Both the position numbers and the translations under genes were made by a program. A stretch of DNA of 63,455 nt, filler included. It is 5 parts of 5 records of this genome, joined end to end, with 100 filler letters (N's around TTAATTAATTAA, not from the genome) between each part and the next. Parts side by side here need not be neighbours in the genome. Positions count along the whole stretch, not along the records: positions 11,722 to 23,284 come from SRR20825006_2785; positions 23,385 to 50,135 come from SRR20825006_2786; 3 more parts are not named here. One strand, 5' to 3'. Each line of letters starts with the position of its first letter. Within the stretch, counting starts at the first letter, position 1. The notes beneath the pieces were generated by a model. It was not told the origin of the DNA. It saw only the letters and a program-made list of their open reading frames with translations, and did no database searches. This document shows, one piece after another, positions 19,755 to 30,638 of this stretch.

Positions 19755-20825
19755 TCAGGCCTCCTGCCGGGATTGCCAGCGCAGGCGGAAGCGCAGGAAG
19801 AAGCTGCCGACCAAGACGCAGAGCAGGGACAGGGCCACGACCAGATCGGCGAGGTAATTGGAAATGCCGGTGGCGCGGCTCATCGAGTCGGCGCCAACGA
19901 AAACGGCGGCGATGAAGACCGCCGCAAGCACGCTGCCTATAGGCGAGAGACCGGCGAGCATGGCGACGACGATGCCTGAATAGCCGAAACCGGGCGAGAG
20001 ATCGGCCGAGAGATAGCCCTTCACCCCGGCCACTTCGCCAACGCCAGCCAGGCCCGCAAGGCCACCGGAAATCAGAGCAACCTTGAGCATGGTGGCATCG
20101 ACCGGAATGCCGGCAAAGCGGGCCGCAGCCTTGTTCTCGCCGACAGCCTTGATTTCGAAGCCAAGCACGGTGCGCTTGACCATGAGCCAGAGGACGAGCG
20201 CGGCCACCAGGCCAATGATCAGTCCCCAATGCATGCGGAGGCGCGGGATCAGCTTGTCGAACTTTGCCTCGGCCAGGAGCGGCACCGATTGCGGCCAGCC
20301 CATGGCCAGCGGATCCTTGAGCGGACCTTCGATCAGCATCTGGATGAAAAGGATGACGACGAAATTGAGCAGCAGGGTGATGACCACCTCATCGGCGCCG
20401 AAGCGTTGCTTGAGCATGGCGGGGATCACCATCATCAGTCCACCGGCAAGGAACCCGGCAAGCATGATGGCGGGGATGGCGAGCGGGGCAGGAAGCTGGA
20501 GAAATCCCGAGCCGACCAGCACAGCGGCAAGGGCGCCCATATAGAGCTGGCCTTCGGCGCCGATGTTCCAGAGCCGGGCACGGAAGGCGACGGCGGCGGC
20601 GAGGCCGGTGAGAATGAGCGGCGTGGCGCGGTTGAGGGTTTCGGACAGGGCGAACATCGAACCAAAGGCGCCCTGGGCCATCAGCACATAGGCGTCGAGC
20701 GGGTTGGCGCCCGCCGCCATGACCGGAATAGCCACCAGCAGCAGGGCGGCCAGACCAGCCAGCAGCGAGACAAGCAGACGCAACGACAAGGGTGCGTGTT
20801 CGCGGGGGTCGAGGCGGAGGCTCAT
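19755..20825 (-). CDS. Nucleoside-type ABC transporter permease
   Basis: RATPLILTGLA, WNIGAEGQ, DEVVITLLLNF, GFGYSGIVVAML. ATG 20825 overlaps the ATPase stop. Confidence 0.9.
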   Translation of the reverse strand: MSLRLDPREHAPLSLRLLVSLLAGLAALLLVAIPVMAAGANPLDAYVLMAQGAFGSMFALSETLNRATPLILTGLAAAVAFRARLWNIGAEGQLYMGALAAVLVGSGFLQLPAPLAIPAIMLAGFLAGGLMMVIPAMLKQRFGADEVVITLLLNFVVILFIQMLIEGPLKDPLAMGWPQSVPLLAEAKFDKLIPRLRMHWGLIIGLVAALVLWLMVKRTVLGFEIKAVGENKAAARFAGIPVDATMLKVALISGGLAGLAGVGEVAGVKGYLSADLSPGFGYSGIVVAMLAGLSPIGSVLAAVFIAAVFVGADSMSRATGISNYLADLVVALSLLCVLVGSFFLRFRLRWQSRQEA

Positions 20826-22369
20826 TGGGCAAGGGTCTCCGTGGGGCGGGACTGCCCGGCCATCATGAGACCGATGGTGGCACGGTCGAGGGTCTCGGCC
20901 GTGCCTGCTTCGACCACCTCTCCGGCATGGATCACCAGAAATCGGTCGGCAAGGGCAAAGAGTTCGTCGAGATCTTCGGAAATGACGAGAACTGCGGCGC
21001 CCCGGTCGCGCGCTGCAAGGATGCGGCGATGCACTTCTGCCTGTGCGCCGATGTCGAGACCGCGCGTGGGCTGGTTGGCCAGAATAATGCGGGGTTCGCG
21101 GTCGAGTACGCGGGCGAGAATGAGCTTTTGCACATTGCCGCCAGAGAGCAGGCGCGCCTCGGCGTCGGGGCCCGGGCAACGCACATCATAAGCGGCAATG
21201 GCGCCCTTGGCGCGGGCCCGCATGGCGTTCCGGTCGAGAAAGCCAAAGCGGGACAGGTCGGGCGAACGCACGTCCTCGATGGCGATGTTCTCGGCCACGC
21301 TCATGGTGCCGACGACGCCATCATGCTGCCGATCCTCAGGCATGCGGGCAACGCCAGCTTGAACGAGACGGCGTGGACTGGTCGTGGTCATGGGCTGATC
21401 GTAGAGATGGAGTGTGCCGCTGTCGGGCATGGCGAGACCAGAGAGCAGCGCGGCTATGGTGGTCTGGCCATTGCCTGAAACACCCGCCAGGCCGACGATC
21501 TCTCCGGCCCGAAGTTTGAAGCTGACCTGCCTGAGGGCGGTGCGGCTCGATGGCTTGCCGAGAAAGACGCTGTCGAATTCAAGTAGTGTCTTGCCAATAT
21601 TGCCGGGCGTGCGCGTCACTTCCGCCACAGCGTTGCCGACCATGAGGTCGGCGATGGCGCGGCGGTCCGCTTCGGCGGTGGTCAACTCGCCCGCTTTCCT
21701 GCCTGCGCGCAAGACCATGATGCGATGTGAGACGGCCAGCACTTCGCCCAACTTGTGCGAGATGAAAATGACCCCAAGACCATTGGCGGCCAGCCTCCGT
21801 AGCACGACGAAAAGCCCCTCGGCTTCCTGGGGTGTGAGAACCGCGGTGGGTTCGTCCAGGATGAGAACGCGGGCATCACGATAGAGCGCCTTGAGGATTT
21901 CGATTCGCTGCTTCTCGCCTACGGTGAGGTCAGCAACGCGGCGGTCGAGATCGACCTCCAGCCCGCTCTCGGCGATGATGTTCCTGATCCTGGTGCGCGC
22001 CGTGGTGTGTCGACCCAGGGAGAGCAGCGCTTCGGTCCCGAGGCGGATATTGTCGAGGCCGGAGAGGTTTTCGGCCAGGGTGAAATGCTGGTGAACCATG
22101 CCGATACCGGCCGAGAGTGCCGCGCCCGGCGAGCCGGGTGGAAGGCTGGTTATCGTGCCATCGGCCGCGCGCACGCGCACATGGCCCTCGTCCTGCACAT
22201 AGTGGCCGAACAGGATATTCATCAGCGTGGTCTTGCCCGCGCCGTTCTCGCCCAAAAGAGCGAGGACTTCGCCCTCGTGCAGGTCCAGCGAAATGGCGTC
22301 GTTTGCGACAAGGGGGCCGAACCGCTTGGTAATGTTTTCTAGGGCGAGGAGGATTGCGGGGTCTGTCAT
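20822..22369 (-). CDS. Nucleoside-type ABC transporter ATP-binding protein (two ABC domains)
   Basis: GENGAGKT, MVHQHF, ILDEPTAVL, LSGGNVQK, NQPTRGLD. Confidence 0.93.
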   Translation of the reverse strand: MTDPAILLALENITKRFGPLVANDAISLDLHEGEVLALLGENGAGKTTLMNILFGHYVQDEGHVRVRAADGTITSLPPGSPGAALSAGIGMVHQHFTLAENLSGLDNIRLGTEALLSLGRHTTARTRIRNIIAESGLEVDLDRRVADLTVGEKQRIEILKALYRDARVLILDEPTAVLTPQEAEGLFVVLRRLAANGLGVIFISHKLGEVLAVSHRIMVLRAGRKAGELTTAEADRRAIADLMVGNAVAEVTRTPGNIGKTLLEFDSVFLGKPSSRTALRQVSFKLRAGEIVGLAGVSGNGQTTIAALLSGLAMPDSGTLHLYDQPMTTTSPRRLVQAGVARMPEDRQHDGVVGTMSVAENIAIEDVRSPDLSRFGFLDRNAMRARAKGAIAAYDVRCPGPDAEARLLSGGNVQKLILARVLDREPRIILANQPTRGLDIGAQAEVHRRILAARDRGAAVLVISEDLDELFALADRFLVIHAGEVVEAGTAETLDRATIGLMMAGQSRPTETLAQ

Positions 22370-22393
22370 GGGCTTCCTGCTCCTGTGGGGAGA

Positions 22394-22510
22394 ACCCCAC
22401 CTGGCCTCCCCCTGAAATAGGGGGAGGGACCGCATCGCATTGGGTTTAGAACTCGCGGAAACCACGAACCTGCTCCTCCCCCCGTTTTTGGGGGGAGGTT
22501 GGGTGGGGGC
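22394..22510. repeat. REP-like palindromic element (CCCCACC..CCTCCCC..GGGGAGG type)
   Basis: ACCCCACCTGGCCTCCCCCTGAAATAGGGGGAGG and CCTCCCCCCGTTTTTGGGGGGAGGTTGGGTGGGG form inverted arms, each with its own internal hairpin. Confidence 0.7.
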
Positions 22511-22515
22511 CTCGC

Positions 22516-23284
22516 TTACTGCGTCGAGCTGGGCTCACTGTCATTGATCTCGACGGTGAAGGAGCCGTCGAGAATGGACGCCTCGACGGCCTTGGCCGCT
22601 TCGACCGCTTCGGCGCCGGCCAGTTCCTCATCGACCACCATGGACGAACCGCCATATTCCATGAAGGCGTAGATGCCATAATCCTTGGCCGCGAAGGTGC
22701 CGGCCTTCACGTCGGCAATGGCCTGTTCGATCATCGGTTCACCATGCCAGAGAGCCGAAGCGAGGATGGTGCCGGGATAGTCGGCAGCGGTGTCGATGAC
22801 ATTGCCGATGGCAAAGATGCCACGCTCCTTTGCGGCGTCGGAGACGCCGAAGCGCTCGGCGTAGAGAATGTCGGCACCGGCGTCGACCATGGCGAAGGCG
22901 GTTTCCTTGGCCTTGGGCGGATCATACCAGGAGTTGATGAAGCTGACCGAGAAGGTCACGTCCGGATTGACCGACAAGGCGCCAGCCATGAAGGCGTGCA
23001 TCAGCCGGTTCACTTCGGGGATGGCGTATCCGCCTACCATGCCGATCTGGTCGGTTTCGGTCTTCATGCCCGCGATGATGCCGGTGAGATAGCTGGGTTC
23101 GTGGATGAAATTGTCGAAGGTGGCAAAGTTCGGTTCCACCGGCGGCAGGGACGAACCCATCAGGAAGCTGATCTCGGGATAGTCTGCGGCCACGGTTCGG
23201 GCGGGCTGTTCGACACCGAAGGCCTCGCCGACCATCAGGGCAATGCCCTGTTCGGCATATTCGCGCATGACGCGCTCATAATCG
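22516..23284 (-). CDS. BMP family ABC transporter substrate-binding protein (5'-truncated by linker)
   Basis: GMVGGYAIPEVNRLMHAF, SWYDPPKAKE, GADILYAERFG, AIGNVID. Confidence 0.9.
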
Positions 23285-23384
23285 NNNNNNNNNNNNNNNN
23301 NNNNNNNNNNNNNNNNNNNNNNNNNNNNTTAATTAATTAANNNNNNNNNNNNNNNNNNNNNNNNNNNNNNNNNNNNNNNNNNNN
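23285..23384. other. Artificial contig-joining linker
   Basis: N44-TTAATTAATTAA-N44. Confidence 0.98.
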
Positions 23385-23990
23385 GTCGGCCATGGTCATG
23401 GCTTCCACCTGATCATGAGTCACATAGATCATGGTATTGCCGAGTTTTTCATGAAGGTCTGTCAACTCGATGCGCATCTGGGCACGCAGCGCTGCATCAA
23501 GATTGGAAAGCGGCTCATCAAACAAGAAGACATGCGGATCACGAATGATGGCCCGGCCAATGGCCACGCGCTGACGCTGGCCACCGGAAAGCGCTTTCGG
23601 TTTTCGCTCCAGAAGCGCTTCAAGTTGCAGCACTTTAGCCACCTCCTCGACGCGCGCCTTGATTTCCGCCCTGGGCGTGCGTGCCAGCGACAGGCCAAAA
23701 CCGATATTCTCCGCCACGCTCAGATGCGGATAGAGCGCATAGGACTGAAAAACCATTGCGATACCGCGCTTCGAAGGCTCTTCATAAGTCACATCCTTGC
23801 CCGCAATTTCGATCATGCCGGAACTGACATCTTCCAACCCCGCGATCATACGCAGGAGCGTCGATTTTCCGCAGCCGGACGGGCCGACGAAAACGCAAAA
23901 CTCTCCCGCTTCAACAGTGAGGTTGATACCCTTGATCACTTCAAGTGCACCAAAGGATTTTCGGATTTCTTTTAAGAGAACATCGGCCAT
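23385..23990 (-). CDS. Sugar ABC transporter ATP-binding protein, MalK-like (3'-truncated)
   Basis: [47 protein letters not shown]. Confidence 0.93.
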
Positions 23991-23993
23991 GAT

Positions 23994-24833
23994 TTATCCT
24001 TTCACAGCGCCCGACGTCATGCCGGCGACGATCTGTCGGTTGAAGAAGATGAAAACGAGAAATGGCGGGATCGTCACCAGCAGGATATTCATGAACAGGA
24101 GGTTCATCTGGCTGACGAACTGGCTCTGAAAGTTATAAAGCGTGATCTGAACGGTCACATTATCGCTTCCCGGCAGATAATAAAGCGGGTGAGTAAAGTC
24201 GTTGAAGATCGTGATCGACTGAACGACGATAACGGTAACGGTCACCGGCTTTAACAGAGGCAGCACCACCTTGAAGAAGATCTGCCACGGCTTCGCACCA
24301 TCAATCAGTGCCGCCTCATCCAGATCACGCGGAATGGTGGCGATGAAAGCGCGGTAAAGCAGCACTGTGAACGAAAGCCCATAGGCAAACTGAATCAGGA
24401 TCATGCCGTGCAATGTCTTGAACAGACCAAGGCCCTGAAGCACCCAGATGGTTGGCACCACGGCTGGTGGGATCATCAGTCCGGCCAGCACAAAAGCGTA
24501 GATCACGCGATTGAACTTCGACGGCCTGCGTTGCAGGACATAACCGACCATTGCGCCAAAGATGACGAGCAGTGTGATCGCGCCAACAGTGATCACCGTG
24601 GAATTGAAATAAGCCAGCAGCAACATGTAATCGCGCGCCTGAACTACGGCGACAAGGTTTTGCCAGAGATGCCACTCGCTTGGCATGGCAAAGCTCGGAC
24701 TTGCCGATTCCGCCGGCGATTTTGCTGCGTTGATCAGCACATAAATGAAAGGAATGACAAAGAGGACAAAGGCGAAGGAGAGCGCCACAATCCCGTGGAT
24801 CAGCTTCCGCCGATTTCTGTTTTTCAGGCTCAC
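23994..24833 (-). CDS. Carbohydrate ABC transporter permease (MalG-like)
   Basis: EAA motif IPRDLDEAALIDGA and C-terminal GMTSGAVKG. GTG 24833 overlaps the upstream TGA. Confidence 0.9.
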   Translation of the reverse strand: MSLKNRNRRKLIHGIVALSFAFVLFVIPFIYVLINAAKSPAESASPSFAMPSEWHLWQNLVAVVQARDYMLLLAYFNSTVITVGAITLLVIFGAMVGYVLQRRPSKFNRVIYAFVLAGLMIPPAVVPTIWVLQGLGLFKTLHGMILIQFAYGLSFTVLLYRAFIATIPRDLDEAALIDGAKPWQIFFKVVLPLLKPVTVTVIVVQSITIFNDFTHPLYYLPGSDNVTVQITLYNFQSQFVSQMNLLFMNILLVTIPPFLVFIFFNRQIVAGMTSGAVKG

Positions 24834-25690
24834 AGATCCACCTCCTTGCGATTGAACCACCAGGCCAAGGGTGAGATAATGCAGGCGATCAGCACGAACA
24901 GGATGACATTGCCCGCAGTGGAGAGGCCGTAAAATCCGGCCTGATACTGTTTATAGATAACCGAGGCCAGCACATCGGATGAAAAGCCGGGGCCGCCGCG
25001 GGTCATAGCCCAGATGAGATCGAACAGGCGCAGGCCGCCAATCAGCGACAGGATAACCACCGTTGTCGTTGCCGGGCGCACCAGGGGAACTGTTACCCGC
25101 CAGAACAGCTGAAACCGGGTCGCACCGTCAATCCGCGCCGCCTCGTAATACTCCTGCCCGATAGCGGCGAGACCGGCGATATAGATCAGCGTTGCAAGCC
25201 CGACCCCACGCCAGATATCGACAAGAACAACGGAATAGAGCGCCAGTTTAGGATTTGTCAGCCAGCCCGGTCCGTCAATGCCAATAAATTCGAGCGCGAC
25301 ATTAATCGCACCATGGGTCGGGTGCATCATTTCCGAAAACAGAATGCCGACGCCGATGGTGGAAACCAGCACCGGGAAGAACACGATCGAGCGGAGCAAA
25401 CCCTGACCGAACAGGCCCGATGTCAGCAGCACAGCAAGCAAAAGACCCAGCACCGTCTTGGCCCCGGATGTCAAAAGCGCAAAGATGACGGTATTGGTCA
25501 TACCCTTGATCAAAAAGGGCTCACGGAAGAAGTCGATAAAGTTCTGAAAGCCGATGAACTGGAAGCCGAACAGATCCCAGTTCGTCAGGCTGAACCAGAA
25601 TGAAGCGGCGGTCGGCACCAGAAACATCACCGTGAAAACCACGGCGGCCGGGGCCAGGAACCAGTATGGATAAGGTGATTTCATTTGCAT
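24830..25690 (-). CDS. Carbohydrate ABC transporter permease (MalF-like)
   Basis: FIGFQNF, YEAARIDGA, MTRGGPG. ATG 25690 follows GGAG. Confidence 0.9.
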   Translation of the reverse strand: MQMKSPYPYWFLAPAAVVFTVMFLVPTAASFWFSLTNWDLFGFQFIGFQNFIDFFREPFLIKGMTNTVIFALLTSGAKTVLGLLLAVLLTSGLFGQGLLRSIVFFPVLVSTIGVGILFSEMMHPTHGAINVALEFIGIDGPGWLTNPKLALYSVVLVDIWRGVGLATLIYIAGLAAIGQEYYEAARIDGATRFQLFWRVTVPLVRPATTTVVILSLIGGLRLFDLIWAMTRGGPGFSSDVLASVIYKQYQAGFYGLSTAGNVILFVLIACIISPLAWWFNRKEVDL

Positions 25691-25819
25691 ATCAGCCAGG
25701 CTCCGATGCGGCAAAAAGCAAAGCGCAGGATCGACCCTTTGTCTGAAGTCAGGCCAGTCCTGTCACGGGACTCTTGAGGGCCGGACCGGACTTGTCGTTC
25801 CGGCCCGGTCTCAAGCATC

Positions 25820-27103
25820 TTACCAATTCGGCAGACGAAGCTGTTTGGCCTGTTTTTCGACATCGCGGTCGTAAAGTGCTGCGGCACTGTCTGCATCGCG
25901 GATACCTGTGCCCACCTCAACCGTGATCTGCTCCAGCCCCGGTCCCTTGACGGGAGAGAGGAATTCAAGCGCAGGTGCGGTCCGCCCTTCCTCCTGGAAG
26001 TAAGGCATCATGTCGGCAACGGATGGCGGCACATCGTCAGGCAATGTGCAGCCCTTGATCAGATAGGGGCCTGTAGCGCCAACCGCTTCGCTCATCAGGT
26101 CGCAGGCTTCAGGCGTTGCAACGAAATTGACAAAATCCTTGGCGATATCGACGTGATCGCCCCCTTTCGGCACATAATAAGCGGCAGGCATCCAGACGGT
26201 CAGACCGTTACTCTCTGCATCATCGCCGGGCTGGGCAAAAAAGCCGACATCTTTCAGTTGCTCCGGATGGTTCTGCTGGATTGCCGCAATCGCAAAGGTC
26301 AGCATCGGGTAATGAACCCCTTCGCCGGTCGCAACCATGCGCAGCCCGTCATTGTAGGCCGCGGCACCGAAGTCCTCATTGAAATAACCGGACTCGTGGG
26401 CGGCCTGCAGCCGTTCAAAGCCCTTCTTGGCAGCAGGTGTATCTGCGAATTTCGCTTCGTTGGCGGTGAACCGTTCTGCAAAGTCAGGTTCCGCTGTGTT
26501 TACGTTGTAGTAGTCAGCCAGCACGAAAAGCTGCGATGTCCAGGTGTCACGGTAGGTCTGGATGATCGGTGCCTTGTCGGTCTGTTCTGCAATCACGGCA
26601 TTGTTGTCCATGAACGCATCCCAGGTTTTGGGAACCTCCAGGCCAAGCGCTTCATAGGTCGGGATGTGATAAAGAATGCCGCCACCCATCGCCGGCTGCA
26701 CCGGAACACCATAAATATGACCGTCATTGTCGGAGACCGTGGTCGCAAAGCTTTCGATCACATTGTCCATGTTCGGCAGATCGTTCAGGGCAACAAGCGT
26801 GCGCGAAGGCCGGAGCGCCTGCAAGAGCGAGCCGGAATTATACAGGAACACATCTGTCATCTCACCGGTCGCAAGCCGGGTCTTGACGATGTTGTCGCCC
26901 TCACCGCCGCCGGGCCGTGTTTCGACAGAAAATGTAACGTCAGGATTTTTTTCCGTATAGGCAGACGTCAGCGCTTCTGCGATGGCGACTGTATCCGGAC
27001 TGTTGTCGACAAGCAGACTGAGTTCTTCGGCAAGGACCTGCCCACCGGCGGCCGCCGAAATGCAGACAGTCATTGCTGTCGCAGCAAAAAATCTCGTTTT
27101 CAT
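25820..27103 (-). CDS. Carbohydrate ABC transporter substrate-binding protein
   Basis: Signal peptide, GDNIVKTRLATGEMTD, LEVPKTW, LEFLSPVKGP. ATG 27103 follows GGAGGAG. Confidence 0.9.
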   Translation of the reverse strand: MKTRFFAATAMTVCISAAAGGQVLAEELSLLVDNSPDTVAIAEALTSAYTEKNPDVTFSVETRPGGGEGDNIVKTRLATGEMTDVFLYNSGSLLQALRPSRTLVALNDLPNMDNVIESFATTVSDNDGHIYGVPVQPAMGGGILYHIPTYEALGLEVPKTWDAFMDNNAVIAEQTDKAPIIQTYRDTWTSQLFVLADYYNVNTAEPDFAERFTANEAKFADTPAAKKGFERLQAAHESGYFNEDFGAAAYNDGLRMVATGEGVHYPMLTFAIAAIQQNHPEQLKDVGFFAQPGDDAESNGLTVWMPAAYYVPKGGDHVDIAKDFVNFVATPEACDLMSEAVGATGPYLIKGCTLPDDVPPSVADMMPYFQEEGRTAPALEFLSPVKGPGLEQITVEVGTGIRDADSAAALYDRDVEKQAKQLRLPNW

Positions 27104-27157
27104 GACTTCTCCTCCCAAATGCCCGGCCTCCTCTTGCCGGGGTTAAAGTAAGACAGT

Positions 27158-29491
27158 TTACGCTCCGCTCAGATCGAAACCGATTTCGTGGCTTCCGGCT
27201 TCAAGAACAATCTCCTCCTGTTCCTGGCTGACCGCTTTTCCATTGACGTTGAGATTTTCCCGCCCAGCGGAACGCCAGACCGCCCGGACACCTTCAGGAA
27301 GTTTAACATTGTAGATGACCCGGCCGCCGTTGATCCGCCAACCTGCGGAAAGGCGCCCGGCCTTGGTTTCGTGCCACATCTCGACATGGCCGAGAGCGGG
27401 CAGAATTGCCGGGTTCAGATGCACCTGCGTGAAGCCCGGTGCATCGGGCACAAGATGAATGCCCGCAACATCCTCAAACAACCACTGGCAGACAGCACCA
27501 TAAGCATAGTGGTTATAGCTGTTCATATCCGGATCATAGATCGTGCCATCCGGACCAATCGCATCCCAACGCTCCCAGATCGTCGTTGCGCCCTGCTCGA
27601 CCTGATAGAGCCAGCCGGGAACCTTACGGTTCAAAAACACCTTCTCTGCGAGATCGTTCATGCCAAGTTTCGTCAGGGCCGGCAAAAGCGCCGGTGTTCC
27701 GATAAAGCCTGTTCCGATCAGATAATCGGCATCCTCGACCACCCGACGGAAATAGGCTTTTGCCGCTTCAAAATGCTCGTCCGGCACGAGGTCATACAGA
27801 AATGCAAGTGCATATGATGTCTGGTCATTATGCGCCAGACGGCCCGAGGCGCTGAAATACTCATGGATAAAGGATTCGCGGATTTCTTTTGCACGCGCGG
27901 CAAGGTGCTTCTGCGTCACCTCATCGCCCAGAATACCGGCGATCCTTGCTGTCAGATCGGTCGAGATGAAGTGGTAGAGCGTTGCAGCGCAATCATCGGC
28001 GATTGTCGGGCGCGGTTTGCGATTGTCACCGACCGGCTGCAACCAGTCGCCGAAAGTGAAGCCCGGTGCTCCCCATTCGGAACTGGGATGAATGATTGGC
28101 CCATCCGAAATTGCCCAGAGATGATCCAGCCAGCGCAGCATTGCCGGAAAACACTCTTTCAACGCGTCCTGATCGCCGTAATGCAGGTAAAGCTGCCAGG
28201 GAATTGTGACGATCGCATCGCCCCAGCCGGTCGATCCCGCCCAGTCTCCCGGAAAGATATCACGGTTAAGACGTGTCGGATCGGGAGAAAAGTGCGGCAC
28301 GGCACCGTTTGGCCGCTGATCATGCATCACATCGCGCAGATACTTTTTCAGAAAGGTGTGGCAATCGCCCAACCAGCAGGCCGTTCCCGCAAATACCTGC
28401 GCATCTCCGGTCCAGCCCAGCCGTTCATCACGTTGCGGGCAATCGGTCGGCACTTCGATAAAGTTGGCGCGCTGCGACCAAACAGTATTCAGAACCAGCC
28501 GGTTGACCGCCGGGTCACCGCACTCAAAACCACCTTTTATCTCAACGATCGATGAAATCGGCACCTGTTCGACGGCAGTGATTTCAACATCGCCCTCAAC
28601 GGCGAGGCGGGCATAACGAAACCCTGTGAAGGAAAAGACCGGCGCATAGGTCTCCTCGCCCTCTCCCTTCAGCATGTAACGGGTGGCAGCACGCGCACCG
28701 CGGAAATTGCGATTGTCGAAGGTTTTTTCCGGTCCCAGCACTTCGGCATGATCAACGTAGACGGACGCGCCGCGTTCCCCGCGCACGGTAAAGCGCACAT
28801 AGCCACCGGCATTCTGCCCGAAGTCATAAATGTGGCGCCCAACATCATCCCGCCATGCATCGACAGGCGGGTTTGGCTCCAGCTCACGGACGGGAAAGGT
28901 TTCATGCGCGACGAGTTTTTCATGGTCGAAATCAAGGACCTCGACACCACCGGTCTCCTCCAGAACATCCAGCCCGGCATCATAATCCTCGCCATAATAG
29001 ATACCCGAGGCCGTGACAGGCAAAAGCCCGCTTTTCCAGCTCGCATCAGTGGTCAGGAACACGGCATCGCCATCGGTCACTTCGGCAATCGCGGCAATTC
29101 GCTCACCCCAGCAATTAAGAACCTTCTGGTGCTCCCACATCATCTGCGAACGATACCAGCCATCACCGAGCCATATCTCGATACGATTTTCGCCCTGCAC
29201 GACAAGGTCAGACAAGTCATAAGACTGATAGGCAATGCGATTGTCATAGCATGTCCAGCCCGGCGTCAGCAGATCGTCACCGACACGTTTGCCGTTTACG
29301 AAAGCACGATAAAGCCCGAGAGCGGATATGAAGAGTTTTGGTCTGGCACCTTCCGGCAGCGAGAATGTCGTCGCCACGAAGCTTTGACGCGTTCCGCATC
29401 CTTCATCAACTTCGGGCGCGATCATTTGCGCCTGCCAATCGCGCCTGGTGAGGCCGGCGTCCGCACGGACACTGGTTGCAATATTCATCAT
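27158..29491 (-). CDS. Alpha-L-rhamnosidase (GH78)
   Basis: LTPGWT, DFGQN, PTDCPQRDERLGWTGD, FGDWL, TGFIGT, GATTIWERW, MNSYNHYAYG. Confidence 0.93.
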   Translation of the reverse strand: MMNIATSVRADAGLTRRDWQAQMIAPEVDEGCGTRQSFVATTFSLPEGARPKLFISALGLYRAFVNGKRVGDDLLTPGWTCYDNRIAYQSYDLSDLVVQGENRIEIWLGDGWYRSQMMWEHQKVLNCWGERIAAIAEVTDGDAVFLTTDASWKSGLLPVTASGIYYGEDYDAGLDVLEETGGVEVLDFDHEKLVAHETFPVRELEPNPPVDAWRDDVGRHIYDFGQNAGGYVRFTVRGERGASVYVDHAEVLGPEKTFDNRNFRGARAATRYMLKGEGEETYAPVFSFTGFRYARLAVEGDVEITAVEQVPISSIVEIKGGFECGDPAVNRLVLNTVWSQRANFIEVPTDCPQRDERLGWTGDAQVFAGTACWLGDCHTFLKKYLRDVMHDQRPNGAVPHFSPDPTRLNRDIFPGDWAGSTGWGDAIVTIPWQLYLHYGDQDALKECFPAMLRWLDHLWAISDGPIIHPSSEWGAPGFTFGDWLQPVGDNRKPRPTIADDCAATLYHFISTDLTARIAGILGDEVTQKHLAARAKEIRESFIHEYFSASGRLAHNDQTSYALAFLYDLVPDEHFEAAKAYFRRVVEDADYLIGTGFIGTPALLPALTKLGMNDLAEKVFLNRKVPGWLYQVEQGATTIWERWDAIGPDGTIYDPDMNSYNHYAYGAVCQWLFEDVAGIHLVPDAPGFTQVHLNPAILPALGHVEMWHETKAGRLSAGWRINGGRVIYNVKLPEGVRAVWRSAGRENLNVNGKAVSQEQEEIVLEAGSHEIGFDLSGA

Positions 29492-29524
29492 TTCCTCCCT
29501 CAGTCAGGCCCACCTGCAATTTTG

Positions 29525-29554
29525 TGTAGACCGTTATACGTAGACTGTTCTACA
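29525..29554. promoter_or_regulatory. Two overlapping LacI-family operators
   Basis: TGTAGACCGTTATACG (29525-29540) and CGTAGACTGTTCTACA (29539-29554) both approximate the dyad GTAGA-nCGn-TCTAC. They lie between the divergent GH78 and lacI genes. Confidence 0.65.
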
Positions 29555-29621
29555 AAATAATTTGCTTTGCAAGAGCAAACTGGTCTATTTTTGCCAGAAA
29601 GCTGATTTTGGAAGGATATTT

Positions 29622-30638
29622 ATGGACAAGCCCGTCCGCGCCAATCGCGTTACGATCCGCACTGTTGCGACCGATGCCGGGGTTTCGGTTGCCGCCGTTT
29701 CAAAGGTTTTGCGCAATGCATACGGCGTCAGCGATGCACTCAGGCAGAAGGTGATGACCTCAATCGACAAGCTCGGCTATCGTCCGAGTACCGCTGCGCG
29801 CGGAATGCGCGGGCGGACATTTACGATTGGCGTCCTGCTTGTCGGCATGGAAAATCCATTTCTTCCGCCGCTTCTCAGCAGCTTCAAGCAGGCGATGGCA
29901 ATGGCGGGCTACAACACGCTCATCGGCGTCGGCGAGGCCCGGACCCATGTGGAAAGCGCCCTTATTGAATCGATGATCGACATGCGCATTGACGGGCTTC
30001 TGCTGATCGCGCCACGGATTGGCGGCGAAACTCTTAATCATTATGCTGCCCAAATTCCGATTTCAGTGATCGGCCACCACGAAAACACCGCCACGACCTT
30101 TGACACAGCCAATATTGATGATGTTGAGGGAGCCAAGCTTGCCACCCTGTCCCTGTACGAAAAAGGCTATCGAAACATCTCCATGCTGTCTCTGAAATAC
30201 AGCAAACGACGCGATGGCGAGGTCTGGTACGAACGGGAGATAGGCTATCGCACCGCCATGAAGGCTGCAGGGCTTGAGGCACATTCGAAAATCATCCGTA
30301 TCAGTGAACGCCCGGACGACATGGAACAGCAGTTGCTTGCCGTTCTGGACGATGCAGATATGCCGGAAGCGTTCTTCTGCTGGAGTGATATCCACGGTGT
30401 TCCACTTATCAACCTGGCACGCATGAAGGGACTGAACATTCCCGGCGATCTTGGCATTGTCAGTTTTGACAACGCCACAACTGCGGGTCTGCCGCTGATT
30501 GGCCTTGCCAGCATTGACCAGAACCCCGGCGTCCTCGGCAAGCGCGCTGCCGATCAGCTTCTGGCCCGTATCAACGGTCGCACGGAGGCCTGTCACGAAC
30601 TGGTCGCGCCTGAACTGATCGCAAGATCAAGTTTCTGA
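29622..30638 (+). CDS. LacI family transcriptional regulator
   Basis: VTIRTVATDAGVSVAAVSKVL, LGYRPS..AR, IPGDLGIVSFDN. Confidence 0.93.
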   Translation: MDKPVRANRVTIRTVATDAGVSVAAVSKVLRNAYGVSDALRQKVMTSIDKLGYRPSTAARGMRGRTFTIGVLLVGMENPFLPPLLSSFKQAMAMAGYNTLIGVGEARTHVESALIESMIDMRIDGLLLIAPRIGGETLNHYAAQIPISVIGHHENTATTFDTANIDDVEGAKLATLSLYEKGYRNISMLSLKYSKRRDGEVWYEREIGYRTAMKAAGLEAHSKIIRISERPDDMEQQLLAVLDDADMPEAFFCWSDIHGVPLINLARMKGLNIPGDLGIVSFDNATTAGLPLIGLASIDQNPGVLGKRAADQLLARINGRTEACHELVAPELIARSSF

